DNA from: Pristiophorus japonicus
Lineage: Eukaryota
Length of the DNA: 64,000 nucleotides
Direction: 5' to 3'
Assembly: GCF_044704955.1 (NCBI RefSeq)
Contig: NC_091995.1
Coordinates: 1,922,001-1,986,000 of the forward strand
Shown: in pieces, positions 38,247-50,939 of the stretch
How positions within the stretch are numbered: position 1 is the first letter of the stretch
How the letters are laid out: the number at the start of each line of letters is the position of its first letter
The notes under the pieces: generated by a model
Told to the model about the DNA's origin: nothing
Databases searched by the model: none
What the model saw: only the letters and a program-made list of their open reading frames with translations
Translations under genes and position numbers: made by a program

Positions 38247-39689
38247 CATTAATGGGTCTGTTTCCATCATTTTCCCTCCAATTCCAGTTTCTGACTCCAT
38301 TCCCTCCCCGGGTGTGTTTGTGTGATGAACATTTCCATTTGTATCTCAGTCTGTAATCAGTGTTTGACTGTAACCCCAGCAGGGTCAGGTCACTGAATAA
38401 CCCTCCCATCCTCACCCTACAACATATCACCCCCGCCCAACCTGTACTGGGATAGAGTCTCTCCCTCCAGGGACCACAGCCTGGCATTCCTCTGGAGATA
38501 TTACCCAGATCGACATTTAACTTTATTCCCTGTGACCTTCCTTTGACTGCGGTTTTAGCGGAACCGTCAAGCCATTGAATATAAACAGCTCAGCGCCTTC
38601 ATTAAGGAGCAGAGAGTGTGGGGTGTTGGTGCAATCTGTGCAGCACTCACTGGGGAACATCACAAACTGGGCCCCGTTCCCAGTGCGGGGGGAGTTCATT
38701 CTGAGGAGGGAGACTCTGTCCAGAATTCCCGTGAGGGCAAAATCAGGAAGTCCAAGTGCGGGGGGCGGGGGCTGGCAGTGCATCTTGAGGCGGAAACCTG
38801 GCGGATGTAAAGCCGGGCTGAATGGAGCTGGTGTGGAACGGGGAAATGCGGGGAGCAGGATCGGCAGGGTGAGCGATTGGGGTTAGGGTTGTGGCTGCTG
38901 CCGAACGGAATCCGAAAATATAATCTTCCGTCTTGAAGCAGAATGGTGAGCCGTTGACCAGAAATTCCTGGCTTTGCGGGCAACGCCTGAGTTACGCTCC
39001 AGCTGCAGCAAGCGAGTCTGTAACAGTCACTGATTCAAAGACCCAAAATAGACTCGATACTTGCCTTTCACCCTATCCCATGTGCTATTGCTGTCCTCTC
39101 TGGCCTGGGGACCACCCATTGTCCCTGCCAACATGTGATCGTTGCTGGAGCTTCTCTGCTCTGATAATGTTGTGTATTGACCACCCACTGGCTGATACCT
39201 GATGTTGGTTTTGTGCGGAATTTGATGAAACAAAAATGCTTCACAGTATTTAGATCGTGTTTCAAGTAATATCGTGATCTTCAGGAAAAGGCAGTGCCAA
39301 TTCCTATGAAAACATCTCCGACAGTGCATCGCCCTCTCAGTGCAGCACTGTGATGCGGTGCTCAAGTCTCTGGAGTGGGACATGAACCCACAACCTTCTG
39401 ACTCAGAGGCGAAAGTGTTGCCCATTGAGCCACGGCTAGCAACTGTTGAGCATTTTGCTTTAAAACAACAATTAACTCGCTATCTGATCGTTATTAATGG
39501 AGAATGTAAGAGAATTGTAAAGGAGATTATATTGCAGAATCTTAATAAAAATGGATTTAAAAGGAACACTTTTCTACCTGTCTCCTGCTTTTCCTGAGTC
39601 ATATGGAAACCTAAATAAATCACAAACCAGCAGACAGCTGCTTGGGTTGGTCTCGGATACCTGGTTAATTTCAAAGCTCTGAGTGGGAA

Positions 39690-40095
39690 AGGGCCGAATG
39701 ATTCTTGACGCTGTCAGTCCGCAGTCAGGTTTGCTATAATTTGTCACCATCTCCAATATTGTTCTATTATGCAACAGCCGCGAAGGTAGAAGGGGATTTT
39801 GGTGGCCCTCAATCCTTTTCGGCTTGTGGTTCCGATGTCCATTTGTTTGCATCGGGCTAAACTGATTATACCTGTCTCTAAGCGAGTTTGCCTCCCCAGG
39901 TCCCTGGTTTTAAGGCAGGACTACTTGCATTGTCCAATACTGGGAACTGCTGCAGGCATCTCTGGCAGAACCGAGCGCCTGCTGTAACTGAGCAGACAAC
40001 AGCGTCACCACGTGGCAGAATTGGGAAACAAACAAAAACACATTTTTCAACCTTGAGGAGTTCCTCTGTGCGCTTCTCCGCCCGTCCGTCCGTCT
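39690..40095 (+). repeat. Cluster-associated non-coding block of about 400 bp, paralogous to 62402-62810
   Basis: Alignable by eye along its full length with the block upstream of TRIM C; its 3' part is also copied at 61517-61640. Confidence 0.85.
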
Positions 40096-40581
40096 CTTTT
40101 TTTTAATTCACTCATGTGATGCGGGCGTCGCTAATTGCCCCTTGAGAATGTAGTGGATCGCACGTTCTTGAACCGCTGAGATAGTTGGACAGGTGACTAA
40201 ATGCTTGCTCAAAGTGATAGGTTTTAAGGAGCGTCTCAAAGGTGTTCCCACAGTGCTGTTAGTGAGGGTGTTACAGGGTTTGGACCCAGCGATGAAGGAA
40301 CGCCTGATTTATTTACACATCAGGATGGTGTGCAACTTGGACGGGAACTTGGAGGTGATGGAGTTACAATGCACCTGCTGCCCTTGTCCTTCTAGGTGGT
40401 AAATATCTCGGGTTTGGGAGGTACTGCCGAAGAAGCCTTAGCGAGTTGTTGCAGTGCGTCTTGTAGATTGTACACAGTGCAGCCACGGTACAGCGGTGGT
40501 GGAGGGAGTGAGTGTTCAATGTGGTGTATGGGGTGCCAATCAAGCGAGATGCTTTGTCCTGATCGGTATTGAGATTCCTTT

Positions 40582-41260
40582 AAGAACACAAGAACGAAAG
40601 AAATAGGAGCATATGTCGGCCATTTTGCTCCTCGAGCCTGCTCCGCAATTTAATAAGATCATGGCTAATCTGATCACGGACTCAGCTCCACTTCCCTGCC
40701 CGCTCCCCATAACCCTTTACTCCATTATCGCTCAAAAATCTGTCTATCTCCACCTTAAATATATTCAATGACTCAGCCTCCACAGCTTTCTGGAGCAGAT
40801 AATTCCACAGGTTCACGACCCTCTGAGAGAAGAAATTTCTCCTCATCTTAGCTTTAAGTGGGCGGTCCCTTATTCTAAGACTATGTCCCGTAGCTTTAGT
40901 TTCCACTATGAGTGGGAATATGCTCTCTACATCCACCTTGTCGAGCCCCCTCATTATCTTATAAGTTTCAATAATATCACCTCTCATTCTTCTGAACTTC
41001 AATGTGTATAGGCCCAACCTAATCAACATATCCTCATAAGTCAACTCCCTCATCTCCGGAATCAGTTGAGTGAACCTTCTCTGAACGGCATATAATGCAA
41101 GCATATCGGCCCTTCAATAGAGAGACCAAAACTGTAAGCAGTACTCCAGATGTGGCCTCACCAATAACCTGTACAGTTGTAGCAGGACTTCAGTGCTTTT
41201 ATACTCTATCCGCCTTGCAATAAAGGCCAACATTCCATTCGCCTTCCTGATTACTTACTG
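40582..41260 (-). mobile_element. CR1 LINE 3' fragment
   Basis: ORF 40682-41104 matches CR1 C-terminus. Confidence 0.88.
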
Positions 41261-42574
41261 TGTTAGTTCACTTCTTGAATGTTGTTGGACCTACACTGAT
41301 CCAGGCAGGTGGAGAGTGTTCCATGAACTGTATCCCAGGCTGTTAAGAGAAGCAACAGTGGAAAAGGCAGAAGGTCTGACCGTCATTTTTCAGTTTTCTC
41401 TGACAACAGCTGTGGTGCCAGAGGACTGGAGGACTGCTGATGGTGTACCTTTGTTTCAAAAGGGAGAAAGGGACAGACCGAGTAATTACAGGTCAGTCAG
41501 CCTAACCTCAGTGGTGGAAAAATTAGAGGAAATATTCCTTAGGGACAGAATAAATCTTCATTTGGAAAGACATGGATTAACCAAGGACATTCAGCATCGA
41601 CTTGTTAAGGGAAAGTCGTGTCTGACTAACTTGATTGAAATTTTCGAGGAGGTAACTGGGACAGTCGAAGAGGCAGTGCATATAATGTAGTGTATATGGA
41701 TTTTAGCAAGCCAAACCAGTGATTTATAAAAGGTTGGGCATAACTTCCTTGCTTTTGTACTCAATTCCTCTATTTATAAAGCCAAGGGTCCTGTCTGCTT
41801 TTTTAAAACTGCTTTATCAACTTATGCTGCCTCCTTCAAAGATGTGTGTACTTGCACCCCAGGATTCTCTGTTTCTGCACCCCTTTTGGAATTGTGCCAT
41901 TTAGTTCATATGTAGTTTATGTACAATTAATGTCCTATCTCAAGCATGCAGTTTGTATGTAGCAAAGTTTGTGTGTGTGAGTGAGAGAGAGCGTCAGTAT
42001 ATGAGGATATGCAGGGGGGGGGGTTTATGCGTGCGAGAGAGTGGTGTATGAGTATATGTGCACGTGTGTGTGTATGAGTTAATATGGATATATAGGGGAG
42101 ATTATGTGTGTATGAGAGAGTATCAGTTTCTGTGGCTGTGTTCGAGAGTTTGTGTGTGTGTGTGAGAGACAGAGAGAGTGTATGAGCACATATGGGTGTT
42201 TATGACAGCTTCTTTGTGAAAGAGCGTATGAATATATGTGGGTGTGTAGGAGTGTTTATATATGTCAGCGAGAAAGAGAAGGTGCATGAGTCTACGTGGG
42301 TGTGTCGGCGAGCTTGTGTGTGTTTGAGAAAGAGAGAGCAAGAGAGAGAGCTGAACGGGTGCCAGAAAACTTGTTATAGAAATGCTTCCCCTCTCAAACA
42401 GAACTAGAGCTGAAGGTTTAAAAACATTGAAGAACGAAAAGCACCAAGCGTTTAACGTGTGGTACAATGCTATGTATTAGCGCTGTCTGTGTGTGTGTGC
42501 ATCTGGCTGGTTATCTGCACATGCTCCCTGCAGAGGTACAGCATTTTGTCTTCCTGTCTTACATACTAAAATGA

Positions 42575-42961
42575 TGAACTATAAGGTTCTGAGGGGGCTT
42601 GACAGGTTAGATGCGATAGATGCAGAGAGGACGTTTCCCCTCGTGGGGGAATCTAGAACGAGGGGTCTTAGTTTCAGAATAAAGGGGTCGCCCATTTAAA
42701 ACGGAAATGAGGAGGAATTTCTTCTCTCAGAGGGTCGTGAATCTTTGGAATTCTCTGCCTCAGAGAGCTGTGGAGGCTGGGTCATTGAATATATTTAAGG
42801 TGGCGAGAGACAGATTTTTGAATGATGAGTTAAGGGTTATGGGGAGCGGGCAGGGAAGTGGAGCTGAGCCCAAGATCAGATCAGCCATGATCTCATTGAA
42901 TGGCGGAGCAGGCTCGAGGGGCAGAATAGCCTACTCCTGCTCTTATTTCTTACGTTCTTAT
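42575..42961 (+). mobile_element. CR1 LINE 3' fragment
   Basis: [14 protein letters not shown] and 3' tail. Confidence 0.85.
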
Positions 42962-43049
42962 AGTCATCTAATAACTCAAGCTCCGTGTAATTGATCTGAC
43001 TTGACACTGTCATTACTGCGAACTGAAATCTGCGTCTTGTCTGTTTTAG

Positions 43050-46000
43050 GAGAACGGCTCGTTGAGAAAGAGGTGGGTCATTTATTACTCATGAACTAAT
43101 TTAAACTAAATTAGCACTGTGCTCAACGATGGCTCAGTGGGGAGCACTCTCGCCCCCTGAGTCAGAAGGTTGTGGGTTCAAGTCCCACTTCAGGGACTTC
43201 AGCACGTAAATATCGGCTGATGTTCCCAGTGCAGTGCTGAGGGAGAGCTGCACTGTCGGAGGTGCCGTCTTTCAGATGAGAGATTAAACCGAGGCCCCGT
43301 CTGCTCTCTCAGGTGGATGTAAAAGAGCCCACGGCACTTGTAATGTATGCACCTGTGAGGATACTCACAGGTTGGTAGAACTGTTGCCCCGAAACCTCCC
43401 TTGGGAGCCGGTGCCTCACAACTTGAGCCTCCTCGGGGAAATCCCCCCCCCCCCACTGGTGCCTTGCAGCTCTGCGCAGAGGGGTTTCCTGTACGGGCTG
43501 CTCGTGCACACTCTCCACTTTGCCAGCCTCGTCTGCTGTCTGCACACGCCATGGCGCACCATCTTGCCGTCCGGAGGAGAAGGGGGTCCCCAATGGAGTG
43601 CTCTCTACGCGGGAGTCCTCCCTTTATCTATCGGGGACTTGGCCTGGAGGGTGGTGCACGGTGCAATCGGTTTTTAAGCCGGTTCACGGGCTCTCAGGCC
43701 GCCTGTAATTTCTGCGGTCTGGAGGAGTCCGTGTTCCACCTGTAGGTACAGTGTGCGAGGTTGCAGCCCCTCTTCCAATATTTGAAGGGGCTGCTCCTCA
43801 AATTCTGGCTGCACTTCAGTCCCACACTCCTGATCTTTGGGCCCCCTGTGCGGAGGGGAGCGGGCAGGTCGGAGGGCCTCCTCGTAGGACTGCTCCTGGG
43901 CCAAGGTGGCCATTAACCGGTCCAGGCAGCGGGTGCTCAAGGGGGTCGTTCAGTCCAAATGCCTAACTCTCTCCCTAACATTCATGCAAAGGTGTCCCTG
44001 GAAATGGAGCACGCGGTGTCCACCAGTACGCTCACAGCCTTTTGCGAGACGTGGGCGCCGGAGGGACTTGACGGAATCATCACCCCCGGCAACCAAATTT
44101 AATTTGATTCATTTAATGTTCAAAGTTTAATTGTTCATTTGTCAGTTCGAGTGCCCCTTTTAAGGGGGCGGGGGGGCACTTGATTTATAGTTTTACTTAA
44201 AATAGTGGTAGAGCTGTTGCATTGTGAGTGGTTTAGCCAGTCACGTGATGTTCACAAGACACAATCAAACCCCAGCCAGTTGGGTCTAGGTCATCCACGA
44301 TGAGGTATGCAGTTGTGAGCCAAGTGGATGAACTGGGCATGTGTCGAGTGATTGTTAAACCTTCCTTAATAAACCAACTAGCTCTCAATAGCAATGTGTT
44401 GCTAAGAATGCTTAAGCAAAGAACCCATTAAGCAAATGCATTATTTCGAAGAAGAGCAGGGGAGTTCTCCCCGGTGTCCTGGGACCAATGTTTATCCCTC
44501 AACCAACATCAGTGAAAAACAGATTATCACATTGCTGTTTGTGGGAGCTTGCTGTGCGCAAATCGGCTGCCGCGTTTCCCTCATTACAACAGTGACTACA
44601 CTTCGAAAAGTTACTTCACGGTAATGCACGTTGGACATTCGGTGCTCGCGAAAGGCGCCATAACAATGCAACTCTTTTTTTTTCAAACATTGTATACGTT
44701 CCCTTTTCTAGTATCGCTGAAAGACAGAAACCAATATCACTGGTGCATGGAGATCTGCCTTTGGGTGTATTTAAGGGCCCGTTACAATATGCAGCCTGGA
44801 AAGAAATGAGAGAGTACATCAACCCTGGTAAAGAGCGTGATTTATTTTTCCATTCTTAACTTCATTCGATTGCTAGCTTAAATATTGTGAATGTGGAAAG
44901 TTTTGAGCATTAAATATTTAAAGACAGAAATGAAATTTAAAAAATACTTACTTCGAAACGAAATAATCCTGCTGGGAGAAATCTAGCACACTGTCTCGAG
45001 CCCAGGGTGTAATTGTGATGGTAATGAAGTGACTTTGATTTATGAGACAAATTCCTAGCTCAGTGAGCATGAACAAACTTTTATAGAGAGTGGTTATTTA
45101 CTGAGGATAAAGTCCAAGTGCGTCAGCTGTGGCTCAGTGGGCAGCATACTCACCTCTGAGCCTGAAGCAAAAGAACATCAGAAATAGGAGCAGGAGTCGG
45201 CCATACGGCCCCTCGAGCCTGCTCCGCCATTTAATACCATCATGGCTGATCCGATCATGGACTCAGGTCCACTTCCCTGCCCGCTCCCCATAACCCCTTA
45301 TCCCCTTAACGGTTAAGAAACTGTCTTAAATGTATTGAATGTCCCAGTTTCCACAGCTCTCTAAGGCAGCAAATTCCACAGGTTTACAACCCTCTGAGAG
45401 AAGAAATTTCTCCTCATCTCAGTACTAAATGGACGGCCCCTTATTCTAAGACCATGTCCCCTAGTTCTAGTCTCCCCCATCAGTGGAAACATCCTCTCTG
45501 CATCCACCTTGTCAAGCCCCCTCATAATCTCATACGTTTCGATAAGATCACCTCTCATTCTTCTGAATTCCAATGAGTAGAGGCCCAACCTCCTCAACCT
45601 TTCCCCATAAGTCAACCCCCTCATCCCCGTGTTCGAGCCCCACTTCAGGAACTAAGCTGACACTCCCAGTGCAGTGCTGAGGGAGCGCTGCACTGTCGGA
45701 GGTGCTGTCTTTCAGATGAGACGTTAAAACCGAGGGCCCGTCTGCCCTCTCAGGTGGACATAAAAGCTTCCATGGTACTATGTCGAAGAAGAACAGGGGA
45801 GTTATGTCCTGGGACCAATATTTATCCCTCAATCAACATCACAAAAAAACAGATTATCTGGATGATTATCACATTGCTGTTTGTGGAAGCTTGCTGTGCG
45901 CAAATTGGCTGCTGCGTTTCCAACATTACAAGTGTCTACACTTTAACAGTACATCATTGGCTGTAAAGCGCTTTGAGATGTCTGGTGGTCGTGAAAGGCG

Positions 46001-48905
46001 CTATATAAATCCAAGTCTTTCTTTATGTGTGTGTGTGTGTGTGTGTGTGTGTCGTGTTATTTGGAGTTCACGTGATTTGCAGAGTTTGATAAGAAACGAT
46101 TCTATTTTATTAAAAAGGTGATGTCAGCAAATAAACAAGACTATAAGATAGAAATTCCAGGGATGCGGGACTTCAGTTATGTGGATAGACTGGAGAAGCT
46201 GGGTTTGTCCCCCTGGAGCAGAGAAGGTTGAGAGGAGATTTGATTGAGGTTTCAAAGTCATGAGGGATCTGGACAGAGTGGATAGAGAGACACTATTCCC
46301 ATTGGGGGAAGGGTCGAGAATCGGAGGACACTGATTTAAGGCAGAAGAACCAAAGGCAACATGAAGAAAAACTTTTTTACGCAGCGAGCGGTTAGGATCT
46401 GGAATGCACGGCCTGAGAGGGTGGTGGAGGCAGACTCAATCGTGGCTTTCAAAAGCGGAATTGGATAAGTACCTGAAGGGCAAAGAAAACTGCGGGGCTC
46501 CGGGGAAAGGGCGGGGGAGTGGGACTAGCTGAGGTGCTCTTGCAGAGAGCCGGCATGGGCTCGACGGGTCGAATGGCCTCCTTCTGTGCTGTAACCGTTC
46601 TATGATTGCAAGGAATAGGCAGCTGCAGACTCCTCTGCCAGATGTGACGTGCAGCTGTGCAGCACATTGGTGCGAGTCCCACCAGCGGGGGGGGATTAAC
46701 CTTGGGGCGGATGGGGCTGTAGCCCCAGGCCCACCAAAGAACTTAGGCCCACCAAATAAATGTAGGGAAAAATATATAAGGCCTCCCAAAGAGGCTGAAT
46801 AGAATCAACAATAAGAGAGAAAAAACAAGACCGAGGAAAATAGATTCACTTGTTTATATCTATATACAGAAGTACCAATATACACTATTGTACCGATATA
46901 CAGAAGTACCTATATACACTAATGTACCTATATACAGAAGTACCTATATACACTAATGTACCTATATACAGAAATACCTATATACACCAATATAGGTACT
47001 TCTGTATACACTAATATACTGATATACAGAAGTACCTATCTACACTAATGTAACTATATACAGAAATACCTATATACACTAATGTATCTATATACAGAAA
47101 TACCTATATACACTAATGCACCTATATACAGAAATACCTATCTACACTAATGCACCTATATACAGAAGTACCTATATACACGAATGTGCCGATATACACA
47201 AGTACCTATATACACTAATATACTGATATACAGAAGTACCTATCTACACTAATGTAACTATATACAGAAGTACCTATATACACTAATATACCTATATACA
47301 GAATAGAATATGTTCTAGCCTGCTTTATTTTACATGTTGAGAGAAATTTGTATATATGTACAGGAATCAAGTATTGCAATGTTACCAGAACTAGAATATA
47401 TACCTACTTGATATATGCTTTCATTGTTGAATGTACTTGCCTATGTTTTCATACTCAGAATCAGAATCTATACATAATGTAATGAACATGAACAAAGATA
47501 ACTATCAGTGTATTGGGATCAGTCTGCCCCAGGCCCATCGGCCCTCAATCCGGCCCTGACCACCAGGGACATACCTCCACGATCCCTCCCTAAATTATGT
47601 GGGGAAGCATGCATCTTACCAGAGGAAAGTTATTCAGTACCTTCATAGATCATAGTTGATCAAGCTCATGGTCTACAAGGCTGTAGTGATACCCGCCCTC
47701 CTGTATGGCTCAGAGACATGGACCATGTACAGATGATACCTCAAGTCGCTGGAGAAATACCATCAACGATGTCTCCGCAAGATCCTACAAATCCCCTGGG
47801 AGGACAGACGCACCAACGTTAGCGTCCTCGACCAGGCCAACATCCCCAGCATCGAAGCACTGACCACACTCGACCAGCTCCGCTGGGCGGGCCACATTGT
47901 TCACATGCCCGACACGAGACTCCCCAAAGCAAGCGTTCTACTCGGAACTCCTTCACGGCAAGCGAGCCCCCAAGTGGGCAGAGGGAACCGTTATGAGGGA
48001 CACCCTCAAAGCCTCCCTGATAAATTGCAACATCCCCACTGACACGTGGGAGTCCCTGGCCAAAGACCAGTCCGCCCTAAGTGGAGGAAGTGCATCCGGG
48101 CGCCTCGAGTCTCGTCGCCGAGAGCATGCAGAAAGCAAGCGCAGGCAGCGGAAGGAGCGTGCGGCAAACCAGTCCCACCCTCCCCTTCCCTCAACCACTG
48201 TCTGCCCCACCTGAGACAGGGACTGTAATTCCCGATTTGGACTGTTCAGCCACCATTCTAAGATGGAAGCCGGTGTCTTCCTCGAGACGAGGGACCGCCT
48301 GTGAGTTGATGGTGAGAAGCCAGGTCAAGATGATGAGTTGTCCCTTCTTTCCCTCAGCTCCAGCCCCTTTGACGCTCGACCCCAGCACGGCTCATCGCCG
48401 GCTGGTCCTGTCGGAAGATCTGACTGCGGTGAAGCACGGCGGCAGGCGGCCCCCGCTCCCCGCCAGCCCGGACAGGTTCGACCCTTACGTCTGCGTCCTG
48501 GCCAGCGAGGGCTTTGCGTCGGGGAAGCACTACTGGGAGGTGGAGGTGAAGAACAAGCCCAAGTGGGATGTGGGCGTGGTGCGGGGATCTGTCGACCGGA
48601 AAGGGAACGAGGCACCGTCGCCGGAGACTGGATACTGGATTGTGTGGCTGAGAAACGGCAATGAGTATTGGGCAGTGACAAGTCCTCGCACCCCCCTCGC
48701 CCAGAGAGCCAGACCCCGGAAGATCGGGGTGTACCTGGACTACGAGGGCGGACAGGTGTCGTTTTACAACGCTGACAACATGTCCCATCTCTACACCTTC
48801 ACCCACACCTTCACCGAGAGAATCTTCCCCTACTTCAGTCCCTGTTTGAACGACGACGGGAAAAATTCAGAGCCATTGAGAATCAGCTGGGAGAAGGGTC
48901 ACTGA
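43050..48905 (+). CDS. TRIM 3' cassette B (exons 4-6 only): join(43050-43072,44712-44827,48358-48905), intact PRY/SPRY
   Basis: Exons of 23/116/548 nt with canonical GT-AG and the same phases as gene A exons 4-6; open frame [46 protein letters not shown]; no exons 1-3 found between 38246 and 43050. Confidence 0.85.
43125..44685 (+). mobile_element. SINE containing a solo LTR (43339-44443), which contains a Tx1-type LINE 3' fragment (43388-44205)
   Basis: SINE halves rejoin at ggcact|atttcgaagaag; LTR starts TGTAATG and has AATAAA; inner LINE has [12 protein letters not shown] and a 15-bp TSD TGGTAGA(A/G)CTGTTGC (43373-43387 / 44206-44220). Confidence 0.8.
45119..46022 (+). mobile_element. 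SINE split by a minus-strand CR1 fragment (45170-45629)
   Basis: SINE head 45119-45168, body from 45630; CR1 ORF 45361-45624. Confidence 0.8.
46150..46605 (+). mobile_element. CR1 LINE 3' fragment (another subfamily)
   Basis: [20 protein letters not shown] and FFTQR.VRIWNA motifs with ttctatga tail. Confidence 0.75.
46683..47558. mobile_element. hAT-like MITE carrying a minisatellite
   Basis: Ends CAGCGGGG..GATT and AATCCGGCCCTG (CAGGGCCGGATT-type TIR); TSD unclear. Confidence 0.5.
46858..47303. repeat. AT-rich minisatellite, about 34-bp unit TATATACAGAAGTACCTATATACACTAATGTACC
   Basis: About 13 tandem units with 16+18 bp subunits. Confidence 0.9.
47655..48290 (+). mobile_element. RTE LINE 3' fragment
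   Basis: [20 protein letters not shown]...LRWAGH motifs. Confidence 0.85.
48358..48905 (+). CDS. Cassette B terminal exon (PRY/SPRY B30.2)
   Basis: ctttccctcag|CTCCAGCC; uninterrupted B30.2 domain. Confidence 0.92.
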
Positions 48906-49242
48906 CACCAAGCTGCAGGGTGCCGTGATTTTTTTTTTGGGGGGGGGGCGGTTTCTTGCTGAAAGCTCCCTTTTCGGCGTTTGCTATTGTCGCCTGGGTA
49001 CCAGATAAAATCTGAATAACGTGTTTAAAGATTGCGACAGGCATAAAAATGCTGCAAATACGCAGCTGGTCAATTGCAAGTCCGTTTCTAAACCGGGTAT
49101 CAGGTCACCATCATCGTCATCGGCAGTCCCTCGAAACGAGGGTGACTTGCTTCCACGTCAAAAAGGGATGAGTTCACGGGTGTTTCAGTGAAGGACCTAA
49201 TATTCCAGGTCCCGAACTGCATGTTGAAGGGTGGAGGATACC

Positions 49243-49487
49243 TGATATGTCCTGACAATACAGTATTAATGCACACGAGGCCCATACTTGAGAGAAGGTC
49301 ACTCTGTGACCAGTTACCTTTATTACCAAGACCTCAATTGATGAAGGTGGGTGGAGCTTCCCCTTTTATACCAGAAAGTCCAGGTTAGCAGTGTCTCCCA
49401 CAAGTTCGCCCCCTGTGGTCAATGTTCTCATGGTGTACAGCTTAGGTCAGCTGATACATGGGTTACAACGATAGTTGACGACATGAC
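49243..49487 (-). mobile_element. Probable solo LTR inside an RTE-associated repeat (about 49110-49660)
   Basis: TATAAAAG and AATAAA on the minus strand; interrupts a repeat also seen at about 53830-54000. Confidence 0.5.
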
Positions 49488-49689
49488 GATGACTGTGCGT
49501 GGATTTTTTTGACGTGTGGTGGCTGTTGCACACCAGCCACCACACGGGCTTGACAGAGCTAGATCTTTGTCCAATGGCAAGGGTTAACCAAGACAACTAG
49601 AGACTGGCTCTGCTGCACGGACCTAGTGCGCACAGTGTGGGCTGGCCCGTGCTGCAGAGGAAGAGGCCATTCGGCCCATCGAGCCTGGT

Positions 49690-50160
49690 GTGTCAGCTAT
49701 AGCTCAGTGGGCAGCACACTCGCATCTGAGTCAGAAGGTCATGGGTTCAAGTCCCACTCTGGAGACTCGAGCACATAAAAATCTAGGCTGACACCCCCAA
49801 TGCAGGGCTGAGGGAGCACTGTACTGTCGGAGGTGCCATCCTTCAAATGAGACATTAAACCGAAGCCCCGTCTGCCCTCTCCAGTGGACGTAAAAGATCC
49901 CATGGCACTGTTTCGAACAAAAGCAGGGGAGGTATCCCCGGTGTCCTGGGGCTAATAATTATCCCTCAATCAACATAACAAAAACAGATTGTCTGGTCAT
50001 TAGCACACTGCTGATGTGGGAGCTTGCTGTGTGCAAGTTGGCTGCCGCTTTTCCCCCATTACAACAGTGACCACACTCCAAAAGTACTTCATTGGCTGTA
50101 AAGCGCTTTGAGACGCCCGGTGGTTGTGAAAGGCGCTATAGAAATGCAAGTCTTTTCTTT
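49690..50160 (+). mobile_element. Full-length tRNA-derived SINE
   Basis: Same family as 27540-27995; A and B boxes and L2-like tail. Confidence 0.8.
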
Positions 50161-50406
50161 GCTCTGCCATTCAATTAAACCAGGCTCATCTGCAACTCAA
50201 CTCCATTTACCCGCCTGGGTCCCGTAACTCTTAATACGCTTACCTAAGCAAAAAATTCTCTGGCTCTCAGTCTTGGAATTTTCAGTTGAGCTCCAGAATC
50301 CACAGGTTTTTGGGGGTTGAATGTTCCACATTTCCAGCAGCCCCCTTTGTGTTTGCTGACATCACTCCTGACTGGCCAGATTCTAATGTTAAGGTTATGC
50401 CCCCTT

Positions 50407-50643
50407 TGTTATGTAATGATGTGTGTATCGTCCCAATACCTTAAATGTAATGTAAGCACTATGCCACACCACAGAGGGCACTGTGGTGGGAAACCCTGGT
50501 AGTACCTGCAACAGGCACTATATAAGGCTGACCATCACACCTTCGAGGCACTCTGGAACTGAACAATAAAGGACGAAGGTCACAGCAGTTAGATCAACAC
50601 CAGACCGTGTGGAGTCAGTGATTTGTGTGCTACATACACCACA
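50407..50643 (+). mobile_element. Solo LTR
   Basis: TG...CA ends, TATATAAG and AATAAA, 5-bp TSD CCCTT/CCCAT inside an old CR1 fragment. Confidence 0.7.
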
Positions 50644-50939
50644 CCCATGTTCTGGACTACCCTCAACAACTTGCATTTAAAAAAGCACCTTTAACATAGT
50701 CAAACGTTTCCAGGCGCTTCACAGGAGCGTTGTCAGACAAAATTTGACACACGAGGAGAAATTAGGGCAGGTGACCAAATTCTCGGTCAGAGGGTTCAGT
50801 CCGCGTCTATGGGTAGAGGGGAGCTTTTGTGTGTGTGTGTGTGAGAGAGAAAGAAAGTGTGAGCATATGCAGGGAGATTATTTTTGTGCGTGTGTGTGTG
50901 AGGGAGAGATTATGAGTATATGTCCGTATGGAGCAAAGA

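Noticed and set aside
42402-42415. AG|AACTAGAGCTGAAG|GT as a remnant of exon 3 for cassette B
   Set aside because: Only the CTGAAG end matches, the donor is weak and there is no further homology.
43125-43200. tRNA-like sequences at SINE heads (also 27540, 45119, 49690)
   Set aside because: They are A/B-box heads of SINEs that continue into SINE bodies, not tRNA genes.
46858-47303. 34-bp periodic repeat as CRISPR or coding repeat
   Set aside because: No spacers and no ORF; simple AT-rich minisatellite inside a MITE.
48081-48357. N-terminal extension of the 274-aa B30.2 ORF as a real RTE-B30.2 fusion
   Set aside because: It runs through an RTE fragment in a non-RTE frame from a GTG; a strong acceptor at 48357 matching paralog exon 6 explains the domain start.
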